DNA of 64,000 bases from Octopus sinensis (lineage: Eukaryota): assembly GCF_006345805.1 (NCBI RefSeq), contig NC_043026.1:11697579-11761578 (forward strand), written 5' to 3'. Shown one piece after another: positions 13,633 to 28,115 of this stretch. The stretch's first letter is position 1. The number at the start of each line of letters is the position of its first letter. Made by a program: the position numbers and the translations under genes. The notes under the pieces were generated by a model. That model was not told where the DNA came from and ran no database searches. It saw nothing but the letters and a program-made list of their open reading frames with translations.

Positions 13633-13835
13633 CGCATGCGCACTGAAATGTATTCCCGTTAATTGATCGCTTCAAAGTTTTTCATTGTTTAATGAATTCC
13701 TTTTAATCAAGCACCTTTCACAGTTATTAAACAATTCTCGTCCACCACAAACACTTATAATACCTTTTATCAACAATTCTACTCACTTAAAGTATATTTC
13801 ACAACTACCACACACAGAGTTATAACAACATTTCT
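13633..13835 (+). promoter_or_regulatory. Putative promoter (NRF1-like CGCATGCGCA) and non-coding exon 1 of ZF gene 1
   Basis: CGCATGCGCA 13633-13642; donor TTTCT|GTAAGT at 13836; matching acceptor TTATTTCAG ending 15278; same block recurs before other ZF paralogs. Confidence 0.65.
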
Positions 13836-14030
13836 GTAAGTATAATTAAACAATGAAAATATTTCGTCTTTTAATATTGTAGTCATTTGTGTTTGACGAA
13901 TTGATTCTTTGTGTCTGTCCTACATTTTATACATGAAATTTGCCTACTTTCTGCGTGATTTGGCTGCTATTTCTGGCTACGAAGCCTATTTTGTTGCCTG
14001 TCCATCGTTGCAACGTTAGTTTGTTGTATA

Positions 14031-14235
14031 CTCTTTTACTCTTTTACTTGTTTCAGTCATCTGACTGTGGACATGCTGGAGCACTGCCTTTAATCGAGCA
14101 ACTCGACCCCGGGACTTATTCTTTTGTAAGCCCAGTACTTATTCTATCGGTCTCTTTTGCCGAACCACTAAGTAATGGCGACATAAACACACCAGCATCG
14201 GTTTTCAAGCGATGCTAGGGGAACAGACACATACA

Positions 14236-14293
<58 letters not shown>

Positions 14294-14456
14294 CGACGGG
14301 CTTCTTTCAGTTTCCGTCTACCAAATCCACTCACAAGGCTTTGGTCAGCCCGAGGCTATAGTAGAAGACACTTGCCCAAGGTGCCACGCAGTAGGACTGA
14401 ACCCGGAACCATGTGGTTGGTAAACCAGCTACTTACCACACAGCCACTCCTGCGCC
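14031..14456 (-). mobile_element. SINE family A in the ZF1 intron
   Basis: Full reverse-complement match to family A. Confidence 0.9.
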
Positions 14457-15666
14457 TGGTTTAGTTTGAGAAATATTTTGTATTACACTAGACTCGGTCT
14501 ATTATAATTTGGTTTCAAATTTTCTGACAATGCCAGCAATTTAGCTGGTGAATAAGTCGATTACATCGATTCCTGTGCTTGGCGATCTTTCCTTTTAACT
14601 CGAAATAATGTAAACACTGAATCGGTATTTCCGTGACCACATGTTGTCTTATCAATTGTCAATTGGGAAGACAAAGCCAATGGGTTGTGCGTGCGTGCTT
14701 GTTGCTCTGTGTGTTATTTCTACAAATGCTGGTGCCATGACAAAAGCACCGCGTGCTGGTGCCGCATAAAGAGCACTTGTAATGGTGCCACATAAAGGGC
14801 ACTTTTGCTGGCACTTAGTACACTCTATAAGGTGACTGGCATAAGGAAGGACATCAAACCATAGAAACCATGCCATAAGAGGCAAATTAAAACAAATCGT
14901 TCAACAATTGTCAATGTGTTCTATGGTGGTGATGACGATGTTTTTGGAGAGAATGCTTTGAATCATGTTTGTCCAGTCAAAGCTGACCTGGGGCTGAATA
15001 ACCATGTCCAATTATAATTTTGGAGAGAGAGAGTGTTATCGTCTACTATTTTATAGTTTAATACATTTTAGCACAATGTGAAGGTGTAGCTCTTGTTTAC
15101 AAATGTATATGCTTCTGTTATGTAAATTTTAGTAAATTAAAATGTTCAGTCGTTAAAGTAAATATTTCTTTCTGCAATTAATCTCTATAGAAATGGTATA
15201 AGTTTTCCGCTATTAAATCTCTGCTTTTCAAGTAGCCTCCATATTTTAAACTGATTTTTTTTTTTTTCATTATTTCAGAATAACAGATGACATTGGCATA
15301 ACAGAAGAGGCACCTTCAAACCATTCTATCTTTTAAAGACTGAATGTAAATGCTATATGGAAGAGACAGCTAGCATTATTTCTATGAATTCATTGTAAAA
15401 TTCCAATGACATTTTGCTCTGAACTGAGATTATTAGCAAAATTTCTGTGTCATAATCTGGAGTGTATACAAAGTGAGTTTGTGTGCTAATAAAACTTGGA
15501 TAAATTTTCAGAAGTTTTTAGATAAAAGGAAAATTGGACAGAAATACAGCAGCTGAAAAAATAGCAAAGATTAAAGAATAGGAACAAAAAATATATAGAA
15601 ATATAGACATATTATTATTTCAGAAATAAATATTGCAAAAACTAGAGGAATTTTTCTGTTGGAGAC

Positions 15667-18123
15667 ATGCCTAAAGACAGAGGAAAGCCATCATGTGAAT
15701 TTAATATCTGTGAAAAGTCATTCTCTGAAAATGGTAACCTAACAAAACGTAAGTGCAATAATACAAGGAAGAAGCAATTTTGCTGCAATATCTGTGGGAA
15801 ATCATTCTCTTTACGTAGTAGTTTAACATTTCACCAACGAGTTCATACGGAAGAGAAGCCATATGGATGTGATATCTGTGGGAAATCATTCTCTGTACGT
15901 GGCAACTTAACATCTCACCGTCGAGTTCATACGGGAGAAAAGCCATATAGATGTGATATCTGTGGGAAATCCTTCTCTCAGAATGGAAACCTAACTTCAC
16001 ACAAACGTACTCATACAGGAGAGAAACCATATCACTGTGGTGCTTGTGGTAAATCGTTCTCTGGAGGGAGTGCTTTATATTTCCACAAGCGAATTCATAC
16101 AGGAGAGAATCCGTATTGCTGTGATATCTTTGGTAAATCATTCTCTGTACATACCAACTTAATATCTCACCGCCGTGTTCATACAGGAGAAAAGCCGTAT
16201 CAATGTAACATCTGTGGCAAGTCGTTCTGTCAGAATGCAAGCCTAACTACACACAAACGTATTCATACAGGTGAGACACCAAATCACTGTGGTATTCGTG
16301 GTAAATCATTCTCTCAAGGTAATGATTTAACTAAACATAAGCGAATTCATACAGGACAGAAGCCGTATCACTGTGATATCTGTGGTAAATCATTCTCTGC
16401 AAGTGGTGTGTTAAAATCTCACCAACGTACTCATACAGGAGAGAAGCCGTATCACTGTGGTATTTGTGGTAAATCATTCTCTCAAAGTGGTACTTTCATA
16501 TCTCACAAGCGAATTCATACAGGAGAGAAGCCATATCCCTGTAATATCTGTGGTAAATCATTCTCTACGAATGGAGGCCTAACTGCACATAAACGTATTC
16601 ATACAGGAGAGAGACCATTTCATTGTGACATTTGTGGTAAATCTTTCATCAGAAATAATTCTTTAACATCTCACCAACGTATTCATACAGGAGAGAAGCC
16701 ATATCAGTGTGATATCTGTAGTAAATCATTCTCTGCAAGGGGTGTGTTAACATCTCACCAACGTACTCATGCAGAAGAGAAGCCATATCACTGTGATATT
16801 TGTGGTAAATCATTCTCTAAAAGCGATGCTCTGAAGTCTCACAAGCGAATTCATACAGGGGAGAAACCATATTGCTGTAATATCTGTGGTAAATCATTCG
16901 CTCAAGGTTTTGACTTAACTAAACACAAACGAACTCATACAGGAGAGAAGCCGTATCACTGTGATGTCTGCGGTAAATCATTCTCTTTGTCATCAAGCCT
17001 AACTACACACAAACGTATTCATACAGGAGAGAAACCATATAAGTGTGGCACCTGTGGTAAATCTTTCGCCCGAAATTATACGTTAACTTCTCACAAACGG
17101 ATTCATACGAGAGACAAGCCATATCAGTGTGATATATGCGGTAAATCATTCTTTAAAAGTAATGCTTTAAAAGTACATAAATCTATTCATACAGGAGAGA
17201 AGCCATATAACTGTGATATCTGTGGTAAATCATTCTGTCAAAAGGTTGATTTAAATAAACATAGGCGTATTCACACAGGTGAGAAGCCATACAGTTGTGA
17301 TATCTGTGGTAAATCATTTCCTCAAAATATTCACTTAACTAAACACAAGCGTATTCATACAGGAGAGAAGCCATATCAGTGTAATATCTGTGGTAAATCA
17401 TTCTCTGAAAGCAGTACTTTGAATTCTCACAAACGTATTCATACAGGAGAGAAGCCATACCAGTGTGATATCTGCAATAAATATTTTTCGCACAATAACA
17501 ATTTGACTATTCACAAACGTATTCATACAGGAGAGAAACCATTTCAGTGTGATATTTGTAAAAAGTCATTCTCTGACAGAACTAGATTAAGAACACACAA
17601 GTATATTCACACAGAAAAGAAGCCATACCAGTGTGATATTTGTGGGAAGTCATTCTCTCAAAGTAGTAATTTGATGTCACACAGGCGTAGTCACACAGGG
17701 GAGAAGCCATATCGGTGTAATATCTGCGGTAAATCATTCTCTGTAAGTTCTAGCTTAACAGTTCATAAACGTATTCATACAGGAGAGAAACCCTATCAGT
17801 GCGATATCTGCAGTAAATCATTCGCTGTAAGTTCTGGCTTAACAATACACAAGCGTACTCATACAGGAAAGAAGCCATATAAGTGTGATATTTGTAAGAA
17901 GTCATTCTCTGACAGTAGTAGTTTAAGAGCACACAAGCGTAGTCACACTGGTGAGAAGCCATATCAGTGTGATATCTGTGGTAAATCATTCGCTAGAAGT
18001 AGGAACTTAACAAAACATAAACGTACTCATACAGGGGAGAAGCCTTATAAATGTGATATTTGTAGCAGATCATTTTCTCAACTTAGTAATTTAAGATTAC
18101 ACAAATGTCCTCATACAGGATAG
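15667..18123 (+). CDS. Poly-C2H2 zinc-finger protein ZF1 (818 aa, ~28 fingers, no KRAB/SCAN/BTB/ZAD domain visible)
   Basis: Tandem CxxC-x12-HxxxH repeats with TGEKPY linkers; degenerate N-terminal finger; AATAAA at 18981. Confidence 0.93.
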   Translation: MPKDRGKPSCEFNICEKSFSENGNLTKRKCNNTRKKQFCCNICGKSFSLRSSLTFHQRVHTEEKPYGCDICGKSFSVRGNLTSHRRVHTGEKPYRCDICGKSFSQNGNLTSHKRTHTGEKPYHCGACGKSFSGGSALYFHKRIHTGENPYCCDIFGKSFSVHTNLISHRRVHTGEKPYQCNICGKSFCQNASLTTHKRIHTGETPNHCGIRGKSFSQGNDLTKHKRIHTGQKPYHCDICGKSFSASGVLKSHQRTHTGEKPYHCGICGKSFSQSGTFISHKRIHTGEKPYPCNICGKSFSTNGGLTAHKRIHTGERPFHCDICGKSFIRNNSLTSHQRIHTGEKPYQCDICSKSFSARGVLTSHQRTHAEEKPYHCDICGKSFSKSDALKSHKRIHTGEKPYCCNICGKSFAQGFDLTKHKRTHTGEKPYHCDVCGKSFSLSSSLTTHKRIHTGEKPYKCGTCGKSFARNYTLTSHKRIHTRDKPYQCDICGKSFFKSNALKVHKSIHTGEKPYNCDICGKSFCQKVDLNKHRRIHTGEKPYSCDICGKSFPQNIHLTKHKRIHTGEKPYQCNICGKSFSESSTLNSHKRIHTGEKPYQCDICNKYFSHNNNLTIHKRIHTGEKPFQCDICKKSFSDRTRLRTHKYIHTEKKPYQCDICGKSFSQSSNLMSHRRSHTGEKPYRCNICGKSFSVSSSLTVHKRIHTGEKPYQCDICSKSFAVSSGLTIHKRTHTGKKPYKCDICKKSFSDSSSLRAHKRSHTGEKPYQCDICGKSFARSRNLTKHKRTHTGEKPYKCDICSRSFSQLSNLRLHKCPHTG

Positions 18124-18437
18124 AAGCCACATCACTGATATTTGTGGTAAATCATTCTCTCAAAGTCATGGCTTAACTGGACACAGATGTATCTAGATGA
18201 AAGTGTAACTGTATCAACAAACATTTGAGTTCCTGCTGAAATGAGGTGGGCTTAGCTTTGTGAACTTTACCCATGACAACAACCAAGCCACCCATCATTG
18301 GCTCTCTTTCTGAGGTTGTCTTTTACAGCTGTTTGAACTTTTAATGATGCCAACCTTTTTTATTTTCTGCTTGAAGGAATATGGTTTAGTGTCAAATTTC
18401 TTTCTTTCTATTTTAAATTTAAAAACAAACACCGTCT

Positions 18438-18850
18438 TCATCATCATCATCATCTTCGTTTAGTGTCCGCTTTCCATGCTAGCATGGGTTGGACGGTTCA
18501 ACTGGGGTCTGTGAAGCCAAAAAGCTTCATCAGGCCCAGTCAGATCTGGCAGAGTTTCTACAGCTGGATGCCCTTCCTAATGCCAACCACTCCGTGAGTG
18601 TAGTGGGTGCTTTTTACGTGCCACCCGCACATGTGCCAGACAGAGCTGGCAAACGGCCACGAACGGATGGTGCTTTTTATGTGCCACCGGCACGGGGCCA
18701 GGCAAGGCTGGCAACGGACACGAACGGATGGTGCTTTTTACGTGCCACCGGAACGAGGCCAGTTGGGGCGGTGCTGGCAACGGTCGCGAAACGGATGGAT
18801 CTCTTACATGCCACCGGCATTGGTAACATATCTGCAATTTCCATTGATCA
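18438..18850 (-). mobile_element. RTE-associated SINE-like element (family C, (GAT)n tail) in the ZF1 3' UTR
   Basis: (ATC)n then CCGCTTTCCATGCTAGCATGGG...GGATGCCCTTCCTAA; empty site in the ZF3 UTR at ~33428 (CCGTCTTCTATAATT). Confidence 0.8.
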
Positions 18851-19674
18851 ATTTCTATAATTAAATGTATGTACATTGGAAAAGAAATATAACAGTGTGT
18901 GATAAGAGCCTTCCCACACTCTATGTTTTATATTAACTCAACTTACCTCTGTTGAGATGACTTACCTCTGTAATAGTTTTAATAAAAGCAATTTCCTCCA
19001 GATTTTGAATTTGTTTTGAGTGTGTTGAAACCAATATTGTTATATTTGGGAAGAATCAATTGGTAAAGTCTATAAACCAGGCATGTGTTAACAGTAATTA
19101 CTCAGGGTCGACAGTAGGTGATGCTAATGTTGTAAAACAAAGAAAAATAAGGCGTGCAACCATGTTGGAGGCAGATTTAATTCTACCTATATAGTATGTA
19201 AGGAAAACAATGTTGGAGGAATGTACATAGCATATGTATGGCTTTAATGCTGCAATTGAAAGGTAGGGGCAAATTATGGCCACCTGATCTACAAAAAAAT
19301 TAACTATTTTGTATTTTATGCATAGTAATCAGAGTAACCCTCTTGATTTTATTGAATTTGGTGCATGTTTTGCCATAAAAGGAAACTATTATTATCGATC
19401 TATTTTCTCCAGGGTAGACACTGCCTACCCAGGCGGCACATCCCTGCCATAAACACATTCACCTCTTTCTTGTTTCAGTCATTTGACTGTGAAAATGCTT
19501 AAACACCAACTTAGGTTTTAGTCGAACAAATTGACCCCCAGGATTTATTCTTTGTAAGCCTTGTAATTGTTTTATTAGTCTGTTTTGCTGAACCACTAAG
19601 TTACGGAGATGTAAGCATACCACCGCTTGTCAGGCAATGGTGGTAGGGATAAACATATGTATATATATATACAC

Positions 19675-20087
19675 GTGATATCAGTGCCAGTGGCACATAA
19701 GAGAACCATCCGAATGTGGCCATAGCCAGTGCCGGTGGCACGTGAGAGAACCATCCGAACGTGGCCGTAGCCAGCACCAGATCGACTGGCCTCCGTGCCG
19801 GTGGCACATAACAAACACCATCCGATTGTGGCCGTTGCAAGCCTCGTCCAGTCTCCGTGCCAGTGGCACGTAAAAACCACCATCCATGCGTGGCTGTTCG
19901 CCAGCCCTGTCAGGCACGTAAAAAGTACCAACTACACTCACGGAGTGGTTGGCATTAGGAAGGGCATCCAGCTGTAGAAATACTGCCAGATCTGACTGGC
20001 CTGGTGCAGCCTTCGGGCTTCCCAGACCCCAGTTGAACCGTCCAACCCATGCTAGCATGGAAAGCGGGCGTTAAACGATGATGATGA
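19675..20087 (+). mobile_element. SINE-like family C with internal GTGCC.GTGGCAC tandem units
   Basis: Ends CATGCTAGCATGGAAAGCGGGCGTTAAACGATGATGATG; paralogous copy at 34255-34679. Confidence 0.8.
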
Positions 20088-20659
20088 CATACATGCGCAC
20101 ACATATATATATATATCAATTAAAAAAAAAACACCTATCAATTCAATAATGAAAAATTAATTTACACAATCTAGAAAATTGCATATTATAGAAAGATTAA
20201 ATATAAGAAAAACATATAACGATGATTAAGTAAAGTGCAAAATAATAAATAAAACGTAAATGCATGGGTGACTGCTGGTCTTCCATAAACAACCTTGCTT
20301 GGACTTGTACCTGAGAGGGTAACTTTCTAGGTGCAATCATTCGGTCAGTCATGACCGAAGGGGGTCTCAGCATCTATGGCTTACTACTACAATGAGAACG
20401 TGTACACACTTACTCAAGAAGAAATTAACTCTCTCAACCTCGTATGCTTTTCCATTTACTAATTGTACATATCAACCCATTGTGGTTTTGACTACATACT
20501 AAGTTACGATGAATAAATTTTTGTTTACAATTTCGATCAATGTTCTTCTGTCATCTTACTCATCTGCAACATCAACACCCGTTGCAATCGCTAACTGCCG
20601 ACTCCAACAATCACCACAAATTACCGTTACAATTGGTAATCACTGACTCCACCTAACAA

Positions 20660-20895
20660 TACCTATTTCTTTATTACCCACAAGGGCCTAAACACAGAGG
20701 GGACAAACAAGGACAGACATAGGTATTAAGTCGATTATATCGACTCCAGTGCGTAACTGGTACTTAATTTATCGACCCCGAAAGGATGAAAGGCAAAGTC
20801 GACCTCGGCGGAATTTGAACTCAGAACGTAACGGCAGACGAAATACGGCTACGCATTTCACCCGGCGCGCTAACGTTTCTGCCAGCTCGCCGCGT
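20660..20895 (-). mobile_element. tRNA-derived SINE family B (Meta-domain-like)
   Basis: Minus strand GAGTTCAAATTCCGCCGAGGTCGACTTTGCCTTTCATCCTTTCGGGGTCGATAAATTAAGTACC, resembling the MetaSINE central domain; tail TGTGGGTAATAAAGAAATAG. Confidence 0.8.
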
Positions 20896-20899
20896 TAAG

Positions 20900-21470
20900 A
20901 TGGCAAAATATATCTGACATCGTTTCAATAGCACTGAGAGGAAAAGGGGCTCAAATGGGGGTCAGCTTCTATCGCACTGCCATACAACAGACGCATGCGC
21001 ACTAAGATTGCTTCCGTTTATTTCTTCACTTCCCAATTTTTGCCTCCTTAATGAATTCCTTTTAATCAAGCACCATGCACAGTAATTAAGCATTTATCGT
21101 CCACTGCACACGCTTTTATAATACATTTTTCAGCAATTCTATTCACAACTACCATACACACACACGCAGTTATAACAACACTGTCCTTTATAAAACATCT
21201 CCATAAGTATTCAACAATGAAAATATTTCATCTTTAGTCATTTGTTGGCATTCTTTCGATATAACTCGACAAAACCAAAACCTTTCACTTCGGGTGTTTC
21301 CGTGGGTTGTGGAGTATAGATATAACGAAATTATGCCAGCAAGGCGATCCTTCGAAACGTTTCACTTCGGGTGTTTCCGTGGGTTGTGGAGTATAGATAT
21401 AAAGAAATTATGCCAGCAATGTCTCGTTTTAAACTTGAAGAAAAAGAAGCCTCGCCTATTTGTTCTTACC
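20900..21470 (+). promoter_or_regulatory. Orphan duplicate of the ZF3 promoter and exon 1 with a mutated donor
   Basis: Near-identical to 27810-28310; CGCATGCGCA 20992-21001; donor reads ATAAGT (21203) instead of GTAAGT (28116); no plus-strand ZF ORF follows. Confidence 0.65.
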
Positions 21471-22583
21471 AGGGTAAGTGTCTTCTAGTATAGCCACGGT
21501 CCAGCTGAAGCCTTGTAAGTGGATTTGAATGACGGAAACTGTAAGAAGCCCGTTGTATATAGATATATAGTTTTTTAAGGTCTACCCCTAAATTTGGTAA
21601 TGAAACCTACAGTAACACCTGGACTGAACGCCACTGCATCGTACCAAACACCTTCTACTTTCCATCTTGGGTAAGAATCCAATACTGCAATGGTTTAGGG
21701 TTTCCAGGGCCCACAGCTTTTCAATATCTCGACACAAAACCAGAAAGATTTATTAAGCGTAGGGTTGGATGTGCTCTAACGATGTATTCAACTTTTTATC
21801 TGAGATACTAAACGAACCCACAGCCCAGAGAAACACAAAGAAGAGCAGCTTGGTTCATCTAATTGCTTCATCAGAAGCAAATTGACACAGAGGAATAAGA
21901 AGCAAGCTGAAATAAACAAGCAAACAAAGATCAAAGACCTTGGATGCAATTAATAAACGAGAAGCAATCAAACATACATATTTAGGTACATATAAAAACC
22001 AAGTCAGCAAGTTTCAGTGTTGAATACATATTTATTTAACCACGTCACCTCCACACGATTTCACAATCTTCTTCATGGAGTATATATTTTCAGAATGCAA
22101 GAAATTGTGTCTTCCTAAAAACCCAGTTACTCTAGAAGATGTTCACCTGGATTTCTCCACCATCTGCTCTCATGATGCTGCACTGCCTCACACGTTTCTC
22201 CTCTTTTAGATTTCAGCTTTAATATCAACGGGCCTCTCGTGTCTGCTACATTCTGCTACACACACAACTATATTTATCTGCACATCACTGTTTCCACTCC
22301 TCACAATTGTCTAATCTAGTGGTTCCTAAAGTGGGAATATTTATGGTTATACAAATTATTTTCTACACAGAATTCTAACAAATACCTGTGCCCAGCAAAA
22401 CTATGTGTGTCCCAGGTAAGTGCTTACGAAAAGGGTTGGCATCATTAACAATACCTCAAAAAGGAACCCTGATGATTATGAATGTTACCAAGGGTTCATC
22501 ATTTACTGACAATGCCCACAAGGAGAAAGGCTTTTAAAATGTCCCTTACTGTGTGCTGCAAAGACATTTCATAAATAATACAG

Positions 22584-23951
22584 TCAAATTCTTGTATGGA
22601 TACATACGTGTGCAGTTAAGGAACGTTTCTCAGAGAATGATTTACCACAGACATCACAGTGATATGGTTTCTCTCCTGTATGAACACGTTTGTGAGATGT
22701 TAAACTATCACTTCGAGAAAATGATTTACCACAGACATCACATTGATATGGTTTCTCTCCTGTGTGAATACGTTTGTGTACAATTAAGTTACTTCCGTCA
22801 GAGAATGATTTACCACAGATATCACAGCAAAATGGCTTCTCACCTGTATGAATACGTTTGTGAGAAGTTAATTGACAGCTTTGAAAGAATGATTTACCAC
22901 AGATATCACAGTGATATGGTGTCTCCCCTGTATGAATACGTTTGTGAGAAGTCAATCGACAATTTTGAGAGAATGATTTACCACAGATATCACAGCAAAA
23001 TGGCCACTCTCCTGTATGAATACGTTTGTGAGATGTTAATTGACAGTTTTGAGAGAATGATTTACCACAGATATCACAGTGAAATGGTTTCTCTCCAGTG
23101 TGAATACGTCTGTGTCTATTGAAGCGACTGTTTGTAGGGAATGATTTACCACAGATATCACAAGGAAATGGCTTATCTCCTGTGTGATTACGTTTGTGAT
23201 TCATTAAGGCACTTCTATCAGAGTATGATTTCCCACAGACATCACACTCATATGGCTTCTCACCTGTATGAATACGTATGTGTCTAGTTAAGTGATTGCT
23301 TAGAGAGAATGATTTACCACAGATATCACAGTGATACGGCTTTTCTCCTGTATGACTTCGTTTGTGTCCAACTAAACTACTGCTTACAGAGAAAGATTCA
23401 CCACAGATATCACAGTGAAATGGTTTTTCCCCTGTGTGAATGCGTTTGTGCGTAGTTAGGTTACTGTTTTCAGAGAATGATTTACCACAGACATCACAAT
23501 AAAATAGCTTCTCTCCTGTATGAATATGTCTGTGGCTAGTTAGGTAATTGCTGCTAGAGAATGATTTGCCACAGGTATCACAGTGAAATAGTTTCTCTCT
23601 TGTATAAAAACATCGGTGTTTAGCTAAGCAACTGCTTTGAGAGAATGATTCACCACAGATATTACAGTGATATGGTGTCTGCCCTGTATGAACACGTCTG
23701 TGTACAATTAAGGCACTTCCGTTAGAGAATGATTTACCACAGATATCACAGTGAACTTGCTTCTCTCCTGTATGAATACGCTTGTGAGTAGTTAACACAC
23801 TATTTTGAGAGAATGATTTCCCACAGACATCACACTGGAACGGTTTTTCTCCTGTGTGAGTACGCTTGTGTCTATCTAAGGCAGCACTTCTAGTGGTTGA
23901 CTTACCACAGATATCACAACGATACAATGGTTTTCGCATATTTTTCAGCAT
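22584..23951 (-). CDS. Poly-C2H2 zinc-finger protein ZF2 (455 aa, ~16 fingers; divergent paralog)
   Basis: Tandem C2H2 fingers with TGEKP linkers; upstream acceptor at 24333-24332 followed by a leader homologous to ZF1. Confidence 0.9.
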   Translation of the reverse strand: MLKNMRKPLYRCDICGKSTTRSAALDRHKRTHTGEKPFQCDVCGKSFSQNSVLTTHKRIHTGEKQVHCDICGKSFSNGSALIVHRRVHTGQTPYHCNICGESFSQSSCLAKHRCFYTREKLFHCDTCGKSFSSSNYLTSHRHIHTGEKLFYCDVCGKSFSENSNLTTHKRIHTGEKPFHCDICGESFSVSSSLVGHKRSHTGEKPYHCDICGKSFSLSNHLTRHIRIHTGEKPYECDVCGKSYSDRSALMNHKRNHTGDKPFPCDICGKSFPTNSRFNRHRRIHTGEKPFHCDICGKSFSQNCQLTSHKRIHTGEWPFCCDICGKSFSQNCRLTSHKRIHTGETPYHCDICGKSFFQSCQLTSHKRIHTGEKPFCCDICGKSFSDGSNLIVHKRIHTGEKPYQCDVCGKSFSRSDSLTSHKRVHTGEKPYHCDVCGKSFSEKRSLTAHVCIHTRI

Positions 23952-25883
23952 TTCTTTGAAGAATCAAAATAGATCCAATCCTTGGCCTTTCTCACCACAT
24001 TAAAGTTTTACCCCTATATTTATCCTTCTTTTTATAGTTTATTCCTTACAAAAATTTTCAATGCAAACTTCACTGATATCTAAAGATGCTACAAATTTAG
24101 AAAGTCATCAAAGAGTAACGAGAATGCAAAGCATCAGCTAATGAAATAGAAAAATGTTGCTATTAATCTCAGTTCAGAGCAAACATTTCATAGAATTTCT
24201 AACAAAGATTTATAGAAATAGGCTTCGATGCGTTCTGTGTAAACTTTTCCGCAAGACTTTAAAAGATGAAAAATGTTGAAGATGTATTATTATAAAAGAA
24301 AATTTCTTTGATGCCAATGTCATCTGTAAATCTGAAATAATAAAGAAACAGAATTAGATAGAGAGGAAAGATCAAAAGAGAAATGTTACAATATTTCTTT
24401 ATTAATTAACAGATGACATCATATAACATTGGGTGAAATGGAAAAATTTGTAAACTACAACTACTCTTTAACATTGTGTAACATTACTCATGCACGCACA
24501 TATATACATATCTATATCTATCTACCTATATAAATTTATATGTGATGAGTTCAGGTTAGGCAGGGAATAATATTTTGATTTTTGGGGGCTTCATTTTTGA
24601 GAACTCCCTGAAAAGATGTGGTTAGGGTCACAGAACAATGATATAAACATTTTTGCAATTTCAATTCTGGTAACTCCCCAAACAGAAAGAATCCCGCATT
24701 TCTGTAGTTATGCCCTAAATTTACTGACAAAATATACATTATTAAACGATTAAAGGACTCAAAAGAAAATTACACAAATCGGGTGTCGAAAGGGGAAATA
24801 TCGTTTACCAAAAGGAAACCCGTTGTGAGGGAGGTCTTCCTGCTTGTCTTCAGGAATACTTAAAAAGCTGACAAATGTCTGTAGATACAGACTAACCTCC
24901 TATGGTTCAGTTTCTTGTCTTAGATATCACAGACCTCCGTTAACAAGTGTGCAACAAATGCTATGTAGATATATTTTTTGACTTACCATTAGAATACTTG
25001 TTGTTCACCAGGATCCTTTCTTGAAATCCAGTTTGTTTTTCCCACCATGGATAGTAGAAATGCGCACAATATTTGCTACAACAGGCATACAAACAATTCG
25101 TGCTTTCGATCTAAGGTCCAAATGAAATATGAAGAAGGGCGAGCAAAGTTCCTCGATTGAAAGCTTTTTCCCCCCTTTCCTGTAAAATAGGGATCAACCA
25201 ACTAAAGCTGTGATCAAGAGAAATATTAAATCACAAATCATGTAAGTCGCTTCGTGTTATTCATAGAGATCAACGTTCACCTGAACACGAGGTATTACTA
25301 CATCTGATATAATTAGATTCGTCTTAATTAGAAGCACGTGTAGAAGCTGTTGATAATTATTCCCGCGTTTGAACGACACCGGTGTCATATATTAAAAGTC
25401 CCCAATATAACACGAAGAGACGTTAAAATTATATTAATTCACACCTTTAATTGCATCTCACCCAAGGTAAATGATAAAAACCTCATCCAGCTAAATAGTA
25501 ATTACGTCTCAACAAGAGTGTCTTCGCATGGTCACTGAACCTGCTAAAAATAGCAGCCAAATATTTCTGACATAATTACATCTTAGCATTAGAATGCATA
25601 TATAATCGTATGTTTGTTCATTAAACGGACATATGATTAGAAACACAGCAGGTGGTGTTCCCAACCATTTATCAGGGGTCGCCAAACTTTTTCGACCATC
25701 GACCCTCAACCATAGCGAAGATCTAAACGGAGTCTTTCCCGGCTTTGAAATTTCTTTTTGTTTTTTTTCTCCGGAATCCCATGTTTTTAGGCCATGGAAA
25801 TTTCGATTCTGGAAAAGATTTTTTCAACAATCCCAACATCAAAATTTCAGTCCCATATCCCTTTCCTTCGTTTTTTTACTTTA

Positions 25884-27580
<1,697 letters not shown>

Positions 27581-27902
27581 GGTATGACGAGGGAAGTTCT
27601 TTTGAAGTTACCGTGCATGGGAAGCATTGATGTACATGTGTGTGTGTATGTGTGTTTGATGGGGTGTGGGAGACAGAAAGTATCGACCCCGAAAGGATGA
27701 AAGACAAAGTCGACCTCGGCGGAATTTGAACTCAGAACGTAACGGTAGACGAAATACGGCTACGCATTTCGCCCGGCGCGCTAATGCTTCTGCCAGCTCG
27801 CAGCGTTAAGATAGCAAAATATATCTGACGTCGTTTCAATAGCACTGAGAGGAAAAGGGGCTCAAATAGGGGTCAGCTTCTATCGCACTGCCATACAACA
27901 TA

Positions 27903-28115
27903 CGCATGCGCACTAAGATTGCTTCCGTTTATTTCTTCACTTCCCAATTTTTGCCTCCTTAATGAATTCCTTTTAATCAAGCACCATGCACAGTAATTAA
28001 GCATTTCTCGTCCACTGCACACGCTTTTATAATACATTTTTCAGCAATTCTATTCACAACTACCATACACACACACACGCAGTTATAACAACACTGTCCT
28101 TTATAAAACATTTCC
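27903..28115 (+). promoter_or_regulatory. Putative promoter and non-coding exon 1 of ZF3
   Basis: CGCATGCGCA 27903-27912; donor CC|GTAAGT at 28116; acceptor ATTTCAG ending 30447. Confidence 0.65.

Noticed and set aside
13933-14020. MKFAYFLRDLAAISGYEAYF... short ORF as an upstream coding exon
   Set aside because: Interrupted by an early stop in the ZF3 paralog, overlaps a common repeat fragment and has the wrong splice phase to join the DDIG frame
18121-18140. Shared TAG in HTG*KP as an A-to-I read-through (UAG to UIG) switch
   Set aside because: A TGA follows after KPHH and the next finger is out of frame, so read-through would add only about five residues
19675-19930. Regularly spaced palindromic GTGCC.GTGGCAC units resembling a CRISPR array
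   Set aside because: Spacers are homologous to each other, the units are internal to SINE-like family C, the context is eukaryotic and no cas genes are present
22553-23122. Antisense and off-frame ORFs over ZF and histone genes (MIYHRYH..., MISVVNH..., 5458-5742, 10607-10903)
   Set aside because: Shadows of repetitive or biased codons on the coding strand
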